NCBI GenBank assembly: GCA_965206645.1
Contig: CBDBKE010000004.1
Location: forward strand, 1,376,001-1,440,000
Source of the DNA: Terriglobia bacterium
GTDB taxonomy: Bacteria; Acidobacteriota; Terriglobia; JAJPHL01; JAPKYU01
Length of the DNA stretch: 64,000 nucleotides
Reading direction: 5' to 3'
The notes under the pieces are model-generated. The model saw only the letters and a program-made list of their open reading frames with translations. It had not been told where the DNA came from and searched no databases. Positions 1 through 10,059 of this stretch are shown one piece after another. The first letter of the stretch is position 1; every line of letters starts with the position of its first letter. The translations under genes were made by a program, and so were the position numbers.

Positions 1-1166
1 GCCGACTGGTTCCGGGGAATATCTACCGGGTGTTCCATCCGGTACTCGAATAACTCGCCCAATTCGCGCCCAGCGGCCGCCACCGAGATCGAGCGGACGA
101 AGTCCGCTATCCCGCGGTTCGCCCGGTATCTACCTCCCACCGGAGCGCCCGCCGGGGCCGCCGCGTCTTCCTCCATCACGGCATACCGACGGGCTTCTTT
201 GGAGAGAGCTTTCATTGCACTCTTTGACCGCAACTGCTTTTCGTTGGCCATCAGCGCGCCCTCGTGCCGCACAGGCCCGGCGGCCGTCTCGACAGACAGG
301 GGCACATGCGGACGCCGCACGTAATGAGCCTGGTAAAGGTTCTGCGTGAAAGAGATCGGCAGGCCGGAGACCAGGGCCAGGCTGACCCCCTTCCAGTCCT
401 CCGACGTGGTGTTGTCCACAATGGCCCAACCCTGTAACAGCGCCTCCCCGGGCTTTCGCGGGTCCAGCACCAGCCGGTAGATGGTCTTCCAGATGGGCGC
501 TTCGACCACGTAGCCAAGGGCCAGCTTCTTGGCCCGGCCGGGGTGGATGCGCAGCTGGCGGGTATCGCGGCGTTGCGAGGAACGGACCAGTTGCAGGTAG
601 GTTTCCAGTTCGCGCTGCAGGCCTGGGTCTTCCAGACGCAGCCCGGACGCTTCCAGCAGTGAGACGTTACGCAGTTCACCGTTGTCGAGCAGCAGCGCGA
701 TCATCTCGGTGTCGCCCTGCCTCAGACGCGTCGCCCGGGCCCCTAGGATGCTGCCCCGCAAGTCCCCGCCGGCGGCCAGCCTCACGTGCAACCGCGCCCC
801 CTTAAACTGGTCCAGCAACTGCCCGATGGTGGCTTGCTTGGGCACCCGGAAGGCAAACTGCTCAAGTTGCTTGCTTACAGGATCGCTGGCTTCGTAGGAA
901 ACGCCGCGGACTGCGCCGTCTGTCCCCAGCACCGTGAGCGACTTGAGCACGTCACTCATTTGCGACGCTTTGAATTGCAACAGCACATCGCCGCGCCCGT
1001 CCAGCTTTCCCTCCCGCTCGAAGTAGGCAACGCCATGCTTGTAGAGCACCACGCGTCGCACCGGCAGCGCCGTTTCGGACGCCCATAGTTTGGTCATGCA
1101 TAGCGGCGTCACCAACAACCAGAGCAGCGCCACGGCGGCTGCCCTCCGAAATCGCGTCTTTTTCAT
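1..1166 (-). CDS. DUF4139-like secreted protein, runs off the window start
   Basis: Hand translation: MKKTRFRRAAAVALLWLLVTPLC (signal peptide), LPVRRVVLYKHGVAYFEREG, WKTIYRLVL, LQGWAIVDNTTSEDWKGVSLALVSGLPISF. RBS GGAGG precedes the ATG. Absent from the ORF track because no stop falls in the window. Confidence 0.8.
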   Translation of the reverse strand, partial: MKKTRFRRAAAVALLWLLVTPLCMTKLWASETALPVRRVVLYKHGVAYFEREGKLDGRGDVLLQFKASQMSDVLKSLTVLGTDGAVRGVSYEASDPVSKQLEQFAFRVPKQATIGQLLDQFKGARLHVRLAAGGDLRGSILGARATRLRQGDTEMIALLLDNGELRNVSLLEASGLRLEDPGLQRELETYLQLVRSSQRRDTRQLRIHPGRAKKLALGYVVEAPIWKTIYRLVLDPRKPGEALLQGWAIVDNTTSEDWKGVSLALVSGLPISFTQNLYQAHYVRRPHVPLSVETAAGPVRHEGALMANEKQLRSKSAMKALSKEARRYAVMEEDAAAPAGAPVGGRYRANRGIADFVRSISVAAAGRELGELFEYRMEHPVDIPRNQS

Positions 1167-1293
1167 AACGACCCTCCGCTGGTTCATAACGACCCTCCCT
1201 TGGCCTCCATTGGCCTCCGCTGGATCTGTCCCTCATGTTGGGAACGCAGAACGGTCTGCCTTCTTGCAACCCTTCTATATAATCCCAGAGAAC

Positions 1294-2511
1294 GTGAAGG
1301 TTCTGTTGACAAATACCGGACCCTGGGGCACGGGCAGCGCGATGGTGGCGGAAGCGGTGCTGCGGGAGCTACGGCACCGTGGCCATCGGGCTGTGCTGTT
1401 CTTTCCGGACGCCCAATTCCAGACCGGGGACAAGAACCGCTACTACTCAAAGCCTGATCTGTACCGTGTGTGGCGCTTCCCCGTGGAGGCCGACGGGAAA
1501 GTACTGCCGACCTTCCCGCTGATGATTACCGACCCCAACCCACGCAATTTCCCCGGAGCCTCAACATTCCGCGACCTGTCCGAAGAGCTGCTGGCCTTCT
1601 ATTTCCGGCAGGCGCGCCGGGAGCTGGAGCAGGTCATCGACTGGCTGCGGCCGGATATCGTCGAGTGCCAGCACATCTGGACCATGGGCCACCTGCTAGG
1701 CGAGATGGGGCTGCCCTACGTGGCGGTGGCCCACCACAGCGACCAGATGGGCTACCGCTATGACGAACGCATGCGGCCCTATGCCAACCAGGCCGCCCGC
1801 AGCGCCCGCTGGATCTTCGCCATCTCGCAGTTCGTGCAACAGGAGGTTCTGGAGCTCTACCCGGGCGTGGACCCGGATAAGGTGATTACTCTGGAGAACG
1901 GCTATAACCAGCGCATCTTTCATCCGCAGCAGGCCAGCCGGGCAGCGGTACTGCTGAAACTTGGCGTCCCGGACACGCCTGAGCTTCCCATCATCAGCTT
2001 TTCGGGCAAGATTTCCCGCACCAAGGGGGTGGATATCCTACTGCGCGCCAACCGGCTGGTGCAGCAGGAACGGAAAGCCTTGCTGTTAATCCTAGGTGCC
2101 GGGCGGCTGGAGGATGAATTCAGCGTCGATGAACGGGCTCAGTTCCATTCGGAGAATGTGCACGTGGTCGGTCACCACCCGCAGCCGGTGCTGGCCAAGC
2201 TCCACAACCTGGCGACGGTCAGCGTGATTCCCTCGCGCACGGAAGGCTTCGGGATTGCGGCGCTGGAAGCGATGGGCTGCGGAGCGCCCATGGTGGCAAC
2301 GCGCTCCGGCGGCCCCGAGAGTTTCGTGGTGGGTGAGACTGTGCCGGTAGACGACGTGGAAGCGCTGGCGGCGGCCCTGCTCAAGGTGCTCGATTTGCAG
2401 CCGCGGGCTGCGCAGGAGCTGCGGCATGCTGCCTTCCAGAAGGCCGTCCGCTATTCCTGGAATCGGAACGTCACGCGGCGTCTGCGCTACTTCCGCCAGG
2501 CGCTGCGTTAA
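1294..2511 (+). CDS. Glycosyltransferase family 4 (GT-B)
   Basis: EGFGIAALEAMGCG motif and KISRTKG; GTG start at 1294 (VKVLLTN). Confidence 0.9.
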   Translation: MKVLLTNTGPWGTGSAMVAEAVLRELRHRGHRAVLFFPDAQFQTGDKNRYYSKPDLYRVWRFPVEADGKVLPTFPLMITDPNPRNFPGASTFRDLSEELLAFYFRQARRELEQVIDWLRPDIVECQHIWTMGHLLGEMGLPYVAVAHHSDQMGYRYDERMRPYANQAARSARWIFAISQFVQQEVLELYPGVDPDKVITLENGYNQRIFHPQQASRAAVLLKLGVPDTPELPIISFSGKISRTKGVDILLRANRLVQQERKALLLILGAGRLEDEFSVDERAQFHSENVHVVGHHPQPVLAKLHNLATVSVIPSRTEGFGIAALEAMGCGAPMVATRSGGPESFVVGETVPVDDVEALAAALLKVLDLQPRAAQELRHAAFQKAVRYSWNRNVTRRLRYFRQALR

Positions 2512-2519
2512 CCGATTTT

Positions 2520-3038
2520 TTACCCGCGCAAGAACACGCTGAGGATCACGAAAATAACGACATTGAACACCCACCCAATCAGGCAAACTCCAATGGCGCG
2601 GCCGGTGCTGGTGTAGTCCAAGGCCTGGCGCACCGCAATGACGAATGCAACCAGCATCCAGATACCCACAACCAGAAAGACGAGTCCCCCCAGCACCGGC
2701 ACGACTCCCAGGATGCGCAGGATTCCGGGCGACGACGCGAACCCGATGGTGCGCAAGAGCTGGCCCCAGTCGGCGTGCGTCTGCGGCATGGGAAGAATCC
2801 GCGTGCCAATAAAGTAGGTGAGCCCCGCCCAGATGAACCAGCCCACTAAGGCGGCGATTGCGCCCGCCAGCAGCCCGGGTGCGCCTTCCCGCCCCACCAT
2901 GCCGATGCCCGCCGCCAAGCTGGAAAGAACCACCACGCCCATAGCCTGTCCGAAGGCGGTGGTGTCCGCCTCAACTTCCTCGTAGGTGTGAACATTGAGT
3001 TTGGCTGCGCCAATCATTCGTTCTGTGAACGATGCCAT
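2520..3038 (-). CDS. YIP1-family membrane protein
   Basis: Five hydrophobic segments, YEEVEAD, LLRTIGFASSP, AVRQALDY; RBS AGGAGA. Confidence 0.8.
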   Translation of the reverse strand: MASFTERMIGAAKLNVHTYEEVEADTTAFGQAMGVVVLSSLAAGIGMVGREGAPGLLAGAIAALVGWFIWAGLTYFIGTRILPMPQTHADWGQLLRTIGFASSPGILRILGVVPVLGGLVFLVVGIWMLVAFVIAVRQALDYTSTGRAIGVCLIGWVFNVVIFVILSVFLRG

Positions 3039-3177
3039 CGGTGTCGTCTCCTTCCTAACGGATGATCCAGTTTCCTGTCTTGGGCGGGGATTGTACCAGT
3101 TTTATTTCCCAAACGATGTCAGCAGTTTCGTTCTCCGCCGTTTCCGTGTACATTGCAGCAAATTCGGCCAGCTTCCC

Positions 3178-5163
3178 ATGCGCCTGGCAATTGATACCGG
3201 GGGTACCTTCACCGATTGCATCTACCTGGAAGGCCGTGAGCTGCGCGTTCTCAAGGTGTTCTCGACACCGCAAGACCACGCCCAAGCCATTCTGGGAGCG
3301 ATCGAGCAACTGACCGCCCCCGATGAGCCGGCCGATGTCGCGCACGGCACGACCGTCGGCACCAACACGCTGCTGGAGCGCAAGGGAGCGCGGGTGGCAT
3401 TCGTGACCACTGCCGGGTTCGAGGACACGCTAGGCATCGGCCGGCAGGCGCGACCGCGGCTTTACGACCTGTTCGCCTCTCCTCCGCCGCCACTGGCGCC
3501 GCCCGAGTTGCGGTTTGGGATCGCCGAACGGACCGCGCCCGACGGCACCCCACTCTTGTGCCTCACCCGGCGGGAGCTGGCGCGGCTGCGCCACGCGGTG
3601 GCCGCCGCCAGGCCGGAAGCAATCGCCATTTCCCTGCTGTTTTGCTTTGCCAACCCGGCCCACGAGCGCGCGGTGGCTGAGGCGCTGAGGCCGTTAGGTG
3701 TGCCGCTCTCAGTTTCCCACCAGGTACTGCCAGAGTTTCGCGAATACGAGCGCGCTTCCACCGTGGTGGTCAACGCCTACCTAGCTCCGCGCGTGGCCGG
3801 CTACTTGGGCGGGCTGGAGCGCCGGGTGAAGGCGCGGCCCGCAGGGGGCTCGGTGCGCATCATGCAGTCCGGCGGGGGCATCACCCGCGCGGCGGTGGCG
3901 GCGCGCGAGCCCGTGCGCACCGTGCTCTCGGGGCCGGTGGGCGGGGTGGTGGGTGCGCAGGCAGTGGCGCGCCGCTGCGGAATCACTCGCCTCATCAGCT
4001 TTGATATGGGCGGCACCTCGACCGACGTGGCCTTGGTGGAAGGGGCGCCGCGCATCACCACCGAGTCGGCCGTCGCCGAGGTGCCCATCGCTGTGCCGAT
4101 GCTGGACATCCACAGCGTGGGCGCCGGGGGCGGCTCGCTGGCCCGGGTGGATGCCGGCGGCGCCCTGCGCGTGGGGCCGGAATCGGCCGGGGCCGACCCC
4201 GGGCCCATCTGCTACGGTCGCGGCGAGCTGCCCACTGTCACCGATGCCAACCTGCTGCTGAGACGCCTGGATTCGGAACTGTTCCTGGGAGGCGAGGTGC
4301 GGCTGGACCAGGGGCGCACCCGGCGGTTCTTTGAACAATTTGTGCGCCGCCACTCCCGCCACCTGCGCAGCGTGCCGGAACTGGCGGACGGCATTGTCCG
4401 CGTGGCCAATGCTTCAATGGAGAAGGCCATCCGGGTCATTTCCGTCGAACGCGGCCATGATCCGGGCGACTTCACTCTGGTCGCGTTCGGCGGCGCGGGC
4501 GGCCTGCATGCCTGCGCGCTGGCCGCTGCCTTACGCATTCCCCGCGTGCTGGTGCCACAGAACCCCGGCGCACTCTCGGCGCTGGGCATCCTGTCCTCCG
4601 ACACAATAAAGGACTACTCACGCACAGTGATGCTATCGCCTGACAAGACGGCGCCCCTGGCCAGGCACTTCGCCGATCTGGAGCGGCAGGGCCGGACCGA
4701 GATGCGGCGCGAAGGCGCAGGGGCGCGATCCTTGCGGGTGACACGGTCGGCCGACCTCCGCTACGTCGGCCAGGGCTATGAACTGAACGTGCCCTGGCGA
4801 CGCGGCTCCCACCTGACGGAAGCCTTCCACCGCGCGCACCAGGCCCACTACGGATATGCTGACCGGGAGCGCCCGGTCGAGGCGGTGAACGTCCGTGTGC
4901 GACTGACCCTGCCGGGCCCGCCATTGCCGATGCGATCCGGTCGCCTACGCGCTGGGGACGGGAGGCGGGCCCGCGTCGGGCGCCCGGCGGCCCGCTTCCC
5001 GGTCTATCGGCGGGACCGCCTGCGTCCCGGCGACCGAGTGAAGGGGCCGGCGGTCGTAGCTGAGTACAGCGCCACGACTTTCCTGCCAGAGAAGCTCACT
5101 GCCCGCGTGGACGCATGGGGCAACCTGCTGATTCAGACTCGGACCAGCCGCTCTACCTATTGA
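3178..5163 (+). CDS. Hydantoinase/oxoprolinase subunit A
   Basis: IDTGGTFTD, HGTTVGTN, DMGGTSTD, GAGGGS, GPESAGADPGP motifs. Confidence 0.92.
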   Translation: MRLAIDTGGTFTDCIYLEGRELRVLKVFSTPQDHAQAILGAIEQLTAPDEPADVAHGTTVGTNTLLERKGARVAFVTTAGFEDTLGIGRQARPRLYDLFASPPPPLAPPELRFGIAERTAPDGTPLLCLTRRELARLRHAVAAARPEAIAISLLFCFANPAHERAVAEALRPLGVPLSVSHQVLPEFREYERASTVVVNAYLAPRVAGYLGGLERRVKARPAGGSVRIMQSGGGITRAAVAAREPVRTVLSGPVGGVVGAQAVARRCGITRLISFDMGGTSTDVALVEGAPRITTESAVAEVPIAVPMLDIHSVGAGGGSLARVDAGGALRVGPESAGADPGPICYGRGELPTVTDANLLLRRLDSELFLGGEVRLDQGRTRRFFEQFVRRHSRHLRSVPELADGIVRVANASMEKAIRVISVERGHDPGDFTLVAFGGAGGLHACALAAALRIPRVLVPQNPGALSALGILSSDTIKDYSRTVMLSPDKTAPLARHFADLERQGRTEMRREGAGARSLRVTRSADLRYVGQGYELNVPWRRGSHLTEAFHRAHQAHYGYADRERPVEAVNVRVRLTLPGPPLPMRSGRLRAGDGRRARVGRPAARFPVYRRDRLRPGDRVKGPAVVAEYSATTFLPEKLTARVDAWGNLLIQTRTSRSTY

Positions 5164-5171
5164 TAAAACCA

Positions 5172-6905
5172 ATGAAGCAGAAATCTATTCCGCAGATTAC
5201 GCAGAATCACACAGATCTTGGGCTTCGCGGAAAAACTTTTCCTTCAGGGTCTGCAAAATCCGCGAAACCTGCGGATCCAGTATTGCTCGAAATTTACAAA
5301 AGCGCTTTTCACTCGATCGCCGAAGAGATGGGGGCAGCTTTGCGGCGCACTGCCTTCTCGCCCAACATCAAGGAGCGCCGCGATTATTCCTGCGCGGTGT
5401 TCGACGGAGCCGGGCGGGTGATCGCCATGGGCGATCACATGCCGGTGCACCTGGGCTCGATGCCCATGTCGGTGCAGGCGGCGGTCGAGGCGTTGCGGCT
5501 GGAGCCAGGCGACATTGCGCTGCTGAACGATCCGTTCGCTGGCGGGACCCACCTGCCCGACCTGACCCTGGTCATGCCGGTCTACGCCCGCGGCCGGCGT
5601 CCCACCTTCTACGTCTCCAGCCGCGCCCATCATGCCGACGTCGGTGGCGCCTACCCCGGCTCCATGGGGCTGTGCCGCGAAATCTACCAGGAGGGCGTGC
5701 GCATTCCTCCAGTCCGGATCGCCCGCGGCGGGCGCATCCAGCGCGACGTGCTCAAGCTCATCTTGAGTAACGTGCGTACGCCCGCTGAGCGGGAAGGCGA
5801 CCTGACGGCGCAGATCGTCGCCTGCCAGATCGGTGCGCGCCGTCTCCGGGAGATGGTGACCAAGTACGGGGAAGCCGGGGTCCGCGCCTACATGGCACAC
5901 CTGCTGGCTTATTCGGAGCGGATGATGCACGCCTTCCTGCGACGGCTGCCGCGAGGCACGTTTCACGCCGAGGACATTCTGGACGACGACGGCATCACCG
6001 CAGAGCCGGTGCCGATTCGCGTGACCATCGAAACCGATCCCCGGCGGGGCCAGGCGCGGGTGGACTTTTCCGGCAGCGCGCCGCAGGTGGCCGGCAGCAT
6101 CAACGCCGTCTACGCCATCACCTACTCGGCGGTGTTCTACGTGTTTCGCTGCCTAGTCATGTCCGGCAATGCCGCCGAGGACGTGCCAGCCACGGCGGGC
6201 CTGATGGCCCCCATCCGGGTGCTGGCCCCTGAGGGCACCGTGGTCAATGCGCGGCCGCCGGCGGCGGTAGCCGGCGGGAATGTAGAAACCTCGCAGCGCG
6301 TGGTGGACGTGCTGTTCCGAGCACTTGCGCAGGCCGTGCCCGATATGGTTCCGGCCGCCAGTGCCGGCACCATGAACAATCTGACCATTGGCGGGCTGGA
6401 TCCGCGCACCGGGCTCCCGTTCGCCTACTATGAGACCATCGCCGGCGGGATGGGTGGGCGGCCCGGAGCCGATGGTGCGAGCGGCGTCCACACCCACATG
6501 ACGAATTCACTGAATACCCCGGCCGAAGCGTTGGAGTACTTCTACCCGTTTCGGGTGCGGCGCTACGCCTACCGGGCCAAGTCCGGCGGGGCGGGAAAAT
6601 ACCGCGGCGGGGACGGTTTGGTGCGGGAAATCGAACTGCTCTGCCCCGCCCAGGTTACGATTATCTCTGAACGGCGGCGCTTCGCTCCCTACGGTTTGGC
6701 CGGAGGCAGGCCTGGGGCCCGCGGTCGCAACTTGTGGCTACGTGCCAATGGACAAGTCCAAGCGTTGCCAGGCAAGTGCAATTTCCTGGCTCAGCCGGGC
6801 GACGTGGTCCGCATCGAAACCCCCGGCGGCGGCGCCTGGGGAACCCTAACCCCAGGCGGATTGACACCAGATCGGAGTCATTCCGCCGGACCGGTGCCAC
6901 ACTAG
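5172..6905 (+). CDS. Hydantoinase B/oxoprolinase subunit
   Basis: FSPNIKERRDYSC, PVHLGSM, NDPFAGGTHLPD, ETPGGG motifs; follows subunit A directly. Confidence 0.92.
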   Translation: MKQKSIPQITQNHTDLGLRGKTFPSGSAKSAKPADPVLLEIYKSAFHSIAEEMGAALRRTAFSPNIKERRDYSCAVFDGAGRVIAMGDHMPVHLGSMPMSVQAAVEALRLEPGDIALLNDPFAGGTHLPDLTLVMPVYARGRRPTFYVSSRAHHADVGGAYPGSMGLCREIYQEGVRIPPVRIARGGRIQRDVLKLILSNVRTPAEREGDLTAQIVACQIGARRLREMVTKYGEAGVRAYMAHLLAYSERMMHAFLRRLPRGTFHAEDILDDDGITAEPVPIRVTIETDPRRGQARVDFSGSAPQVAGSINAVYAITYSAVFYVFRCLVMSGNAAEDVPATAGLMAPIRVLAPEGTVVNARPPAAVAGGNVETSQRVVDVLFRALAQAVPDMVPAASAGTMNNLTIGGLDPRTGLPFAYYETIAGGMGGRPGADGASGVHTHMTNSLNTPAEALEYFYPFRVRRYAYRAKSGGAGKYRGGDGLVREIELLCPAQVTIISERRRFAPYGLAGGRPGARGRNLWLRANGQVQALPGKCNFLAQPGDVVRIETPGGGAWGTLTPGGLTPDRSHSAGPVPH

Positions 6906-6939
6906 GTGTACGATTCCCTAAAGAAGGAGACGAGAGCCG

Positions 6940-7275
6940 ATGAGCTGGCTCATCATCGTCGCCGGATTCCTGGCTAGCGTCGTGCTGTCGGTCCTAGTCA
7001 TCCACCCGGGGGCGTCGCTTGTCGTGGCGCTGCTTGGGGAGGAGAAGTGTCTGGACACCGCGTCGGTCAACGGCTGCAACTGGTGGCCGATGTCCGTGCT
7101 GGTGTCCACCGCGCTTGTCCTGCTGGCGGCCGGACGGCTGGGGTGGAGCAGCCTCTACCTTGTACCGGTGGGCCCCCTGTTAACCGTGACGGTGCTGTCG
7201 CTGACGCTGCGCTTCGGTCAGTGGGGGCACGGCACAGAGAGTTCGAAATCCGCAACGGCAGACTCGTTGACCTGA
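6940..7275 (+). CDS. Small hypothetical membrane protein
   Basis: RBS AAGGAG, ATG start, three hydrophobic stretches; no family recognised. Confidence 0.5.
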   Translation: MSWLIIVAGFLASVVLSVLVIHPGASLVVALLGEEKCLDTASVNGCNWWPMSVLVSTALVLLAAGRLGWSSLYLVPVGPLLTVTVLSLTLRFGQWGHGTESSKSATADSLT

Positions 7276-7838
7276 GAACACACCGGCCATTCCGCCCAGC
7301 TTACGTGGAGGCCAACACTGCATACTGCTACAGCGGCCCGGCTTCCGGTTACTGCCTCTACACGCTGGTCGTGCATGATGGCAAAGGTGGGCGATGGAGC
7401 AACGGCTACGTCTCCGAGAGCGCGAACAATCGCGTACTCTCTACTCTAACGCGCCAGTTCGGTTGTTTGGCGTTGGACCTGGGGGTCGAATGCCGCGAGA
7501 GCCCTACGAAGTTCCACTGGGTGGTGCTTGGTGCTGAGTGGGCGCACCTGCTGTGCGGGGACCTGTTCAGGCTCGCTCCGCAGGACCGGGCATGGTGGAG
7601 ACAGTGGCTGCAGCCTGCCTTCGGCACTTCGGGCAGCCGGGAGGTGACCAGGGAGGAGGTGGGGGAGGCCCTGGACCGCCTGGAAGCGGCCTACGAAGAA
7701 CAGTGTCGATCCGTTGAACGCATCCAGAGCGATATTCAGGCGATCCGAAGCCTGCTCGCCAAGAGGCGCAGGCCAATCCGCATGGCCACCGAGGAGGCGC
7801 ACTCCCGCGCCAGCGAAACAGCCGAGGGGGAGAGTTGA
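7221..7838 (+). CDS. Hypothetical protein with C-terminal coiled coil
   Basis: Open frame with normal amino acid composition; GTG start at 7221 is a guess. Confidence 0.45.
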   Translation: MGARHREFEIRNGRLVDLRTHRPFRPAYVEANTAYCYSGPASGYCLYTLVVHDGKGGRWSNGYVSESANNRVLSTLTRQFGCLALDLGVECRESPTKFHWVVLGAEWAHLLCGDLFRLAPQDRAWWRQWLQPAFGTSGSREVTREEVGEALDRLEAAYEEQCRSVERIQSDIQAIRSLLAKRRRPIRMATEEAHSRASETAEGES

Positions 7839-7851
7839 GTGGGACGTAAGG

Positions 7852-7956
7852 CTATTTACCCAGTGCTTGGGCGCCTGCCGCAGCCACGGCGTGGTCATTC
7901 TCGACCGGACTCCCGCTGACGCCGATCGCTCCGACCACTTCACCCTTCCCGTGGAC
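7852..7956 (-). pseudogene. 3'-terminal remnant of a GlcG/HbpS-like heme-binding protein gene
   Basis: Translates VHGKGEVVGAIGVSGSPVENDHAVAAAGAQALGK*, the typical C-terminus of this family; no start codon or 5' part. Confidence 0.65.
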
Positions 7957-8540
7957 TATTCGCGGTATGTGAACTGCAGCTTGACGCCGGCGATCTCGAT
8001 CAGGTCGCCTTCCCGCAGATCCTGCGCGCCGGCAAGGGTCTGGCCATTGATCTTGGCCCGGCCCTTGCCCGAGGGAGCGATCTGGTAGCTGGCCTCGCGC
8101 TTATTAATGACGGCGGCGACATCGGGAGCGAACCACCCCTTTAGCTTCACCGAGGCCATCGCCGACTTGCCGATCATCGAAAGCTTGCCGGAGAGGAGGT
8201 ACTCGGTCCGGTCCGTCTTGCCGGAGAGCACCGTCAGGCAGCCCACCTTCGCAACACCGGCGGGCGGGACACCTCCGCCTGTGAGGGTGCCGGCTTGCTG
8301 CATCATTTCGCGCTGTTTCCTGGTATCCAGCACCACCGTTTGTTCCAGTTTGGCCACCGAGTCATCGCTCTCCTCCGAGGCTTCCAGCGGCGCGGGCCGA
8401 GGCCCACCCTCGTCCTGGAAGAGCAAGGTGTGCTTGCCGATCACAACCTGGTCGCCGTTGTTGAGGAAGATCTTGCGAACTCGCTGGTTGTTGACGAACG
8501 TCCCATTGAGGCTGTTCAAGTCTTCCAGGGCGAACTTGTC
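7956..8540 (-). pseudogene. FHA-domain protein, C-terminal part (IS-interrupted)
   Basis: LEDLNSLNGTFVNNQRV...GDQVVIGKH is the FHA C-terminal half, followed by a second degenerate FHA-like domain; begins exactly at the IS end. Confidence 0.85.
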
Positions 8541-8607
8541 TGACCTGACCGGCACTTTTTGTACCAAGTGGAAAGAGAGAGAATCCACTTGAGGAGGAAG
8601 TGAGGTC

Positions 8608-8886
8608 ATGCCGACAAGGAGTTACAAGCCGGAGCAGATTGTAGCGGTGCTACGGCAGATAGAAGTGCAGATGGGGAACGGGAAGACTGCGCCCCAAGCC
8701 TGCAAAGAAGCTGGAATCCACACCCAAACCTACTACCGGTGGCGGAAGGAATACGGCGGGCTGAAGGTGGTGCAGGCAAAACGGCTAAAGGAGTTGGAGA
8801 AGGAAAACACGCGGCTGAAGCGGTTGGTAGCGGAGCTTTCTCTGGAGAAGCAGGTGCTGCGGGATGTGGCACAGGGAAACTTCTGA
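8608..8886 (+). CDS. IS3 transposase OrfA (HTH)
   Basis: TYYRWRKEYGGL...RLKELEKENTRLKRLVAELSL; ends GNF* just after a G GGA AAC slippery site (8874..8880). Confidence 0.92.
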   Translation: MPTRSYKPEQIVAVLRQIEVQMGNGKTAPQACKEAGIHTQTYYRWRKEYGGLKVVQAKRLKELEKENTRLKRLVAELSLEKQVLRDVAQGNF

Positions 8887-9752
8887 GCCCTGAGCGGCGG
8901 CGTTGTGCGGTGGAGCGTGCGTGGGAGCAACACGGGTTGTCGGAACGGCATGCCTGCCGGCTGCTGGGGCAATGGCGAGGGACACAACGATACGAGCCGA
9001 TTCATCGGGTGGACGAGGATGCTCTGACCCGAGCGATCATTGCCCTGGGAGCGAAGTACGGGCGATATGGCTACCGGAGGATCACAGCGTTGCTGCGGAG
9101 TGCGGGCTGGGAAGTGGGCAAGGACCGGGTGCAGCGGATTTGGCGGCGGGAAGGGCTGAAAGTGCCGCAAAAACAAAGGCCGCGAGGACGGCTGTGGCTG
9201 AACGACGGTTCCTGTGTACGACTGAGGCCGGAGCGACCGAACCACGTGTGGAGCTACGACTTCATGAGTGCCAGAACGCACGAGGGGAGAACGCTGCGGC
9301 TGCTGACCTTGCTGGATGAGTACACGCGGGAATGCCTGGCGATCCGGGTGGAGCGGAGGATGGGCAGCCAACAAATCATTGAGGCGTTGTCGGACGTGAT
9401 GTTGTGGCGAGGGATACCGGAACAGATTCGATCCGACAATGGTCCCGAGTTCATCGCCAAACAACTGCGCCAGTGGTTGGCAAATCTAGGGACCGGGACA
9501 CTGTACATCGAACCGGGCAGTCCCTGGGAGAACGGGTACTGCGAGAGTTTCAATGGGAAGCTGCGGGACGAATGCCTGAATGGAGAGATCTTCTACTCGT
9601 TGAAGGAGGCACAGGTGGTGATTGAACAGTGGAGGGTGCAATACAACACGGTGCGGCCGCACTCGGCGCTCGGCTATAGGCCCCCGGCGCCGGGGGCCTA
9701 TAGCCCTCCCCTGCCACTGAAACCAGTTTCACAGCCCCAGGCTGCGATGTAA
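8874..9752 (+). CDS. IS3 transposase OrfB (DDE integrase core), likely fused to OrfA by -1 frameshift
   Basis: WSYDF, RSDNGPEF, ENGYCESFNG, RPHSALGY motifs in the -1 frame relative to OrfA. Confidence 0.92.
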   Translation, partial: GKLLSPERRRCAVERAWEQHGLSERHACRLLGQWRGTQRYEPIHRVDEDALTRAIIALGAKYGRYGYRRITALLRSAGWEVGKDRVQRIWRREGLKVPQKQRPRGRLWLNDGSCVRLRPERPNHVWSYDFMSARTHEGRTLRLLTLLDEYTRECLAIRVERRMGSQQIIEALSDVMLWRGIPEQIRSDNGPEFIAKQLRQWLANLGTGTLYIEPGSPWENGYCESFNGKLRDECLNGEIFYSLKEAQVVIEQWRVQYNTVRPHSALGYRPPAPGAYSPPLPLKPVSQPQAAM

Positions 9753-9944
9753 ACTCTCACTACGGTTGGTACAAAAAATCGGTCTGGTCACCGGGCAGGC
9801 GAAACCCGCACAGCGACTCCGAAGAACAGCCAAAATGTGCCGCACTACCACCTCAAAGAGGCCAGAGCTGTTTGCGGTTGACACGACAGGGTACGAGGCA
9901 TAGCTTTTCGGGTGAAGAGGAAGCTCGAAATGGAAATTCCGGTT

Positions 9945-9983
9945 CAGGATCGCCGCCTCGTACTTCAGGATCAGTTTTGCCAT
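9945..9983 (-). pseudogene. N-terminal stub (MAKLILKYEAAIL) of the FHA-domain gene
   Basis: ATG with RBS GGGAGAAG downstream of the PP2C gene; the frame turns into unrelated sequence after codon 13. Confidence 0.65.
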
Positions 9984-10059
9984 ATCACTTCTCCCGGGCC
10001 GCGCCCGTTGCGCTGCCAAGCTTCGCCGCCGGGCATACAGGCGACCGCCCCTGCGGCGC

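Larger units (their letters stand above)
8541..9790 (+). mobile_element. IS3-family insertion sequence (IS407-like), 1250 bp
   Basis: Imperfect terminal IRs TGACCTGACCGGCACTTTTTGTACCAA and TTGGTACAAAAAATCGGTCTGGTCA (TG...CA); orfA/orfB layout; no target-site duplication visible. Confidence 0.95.

Noticed and set aside
8535-9796. Target-site duplication around the IS3 element
   Set aside because: The flanks (CTTGTC and CCGGGC) share no direct repeat.
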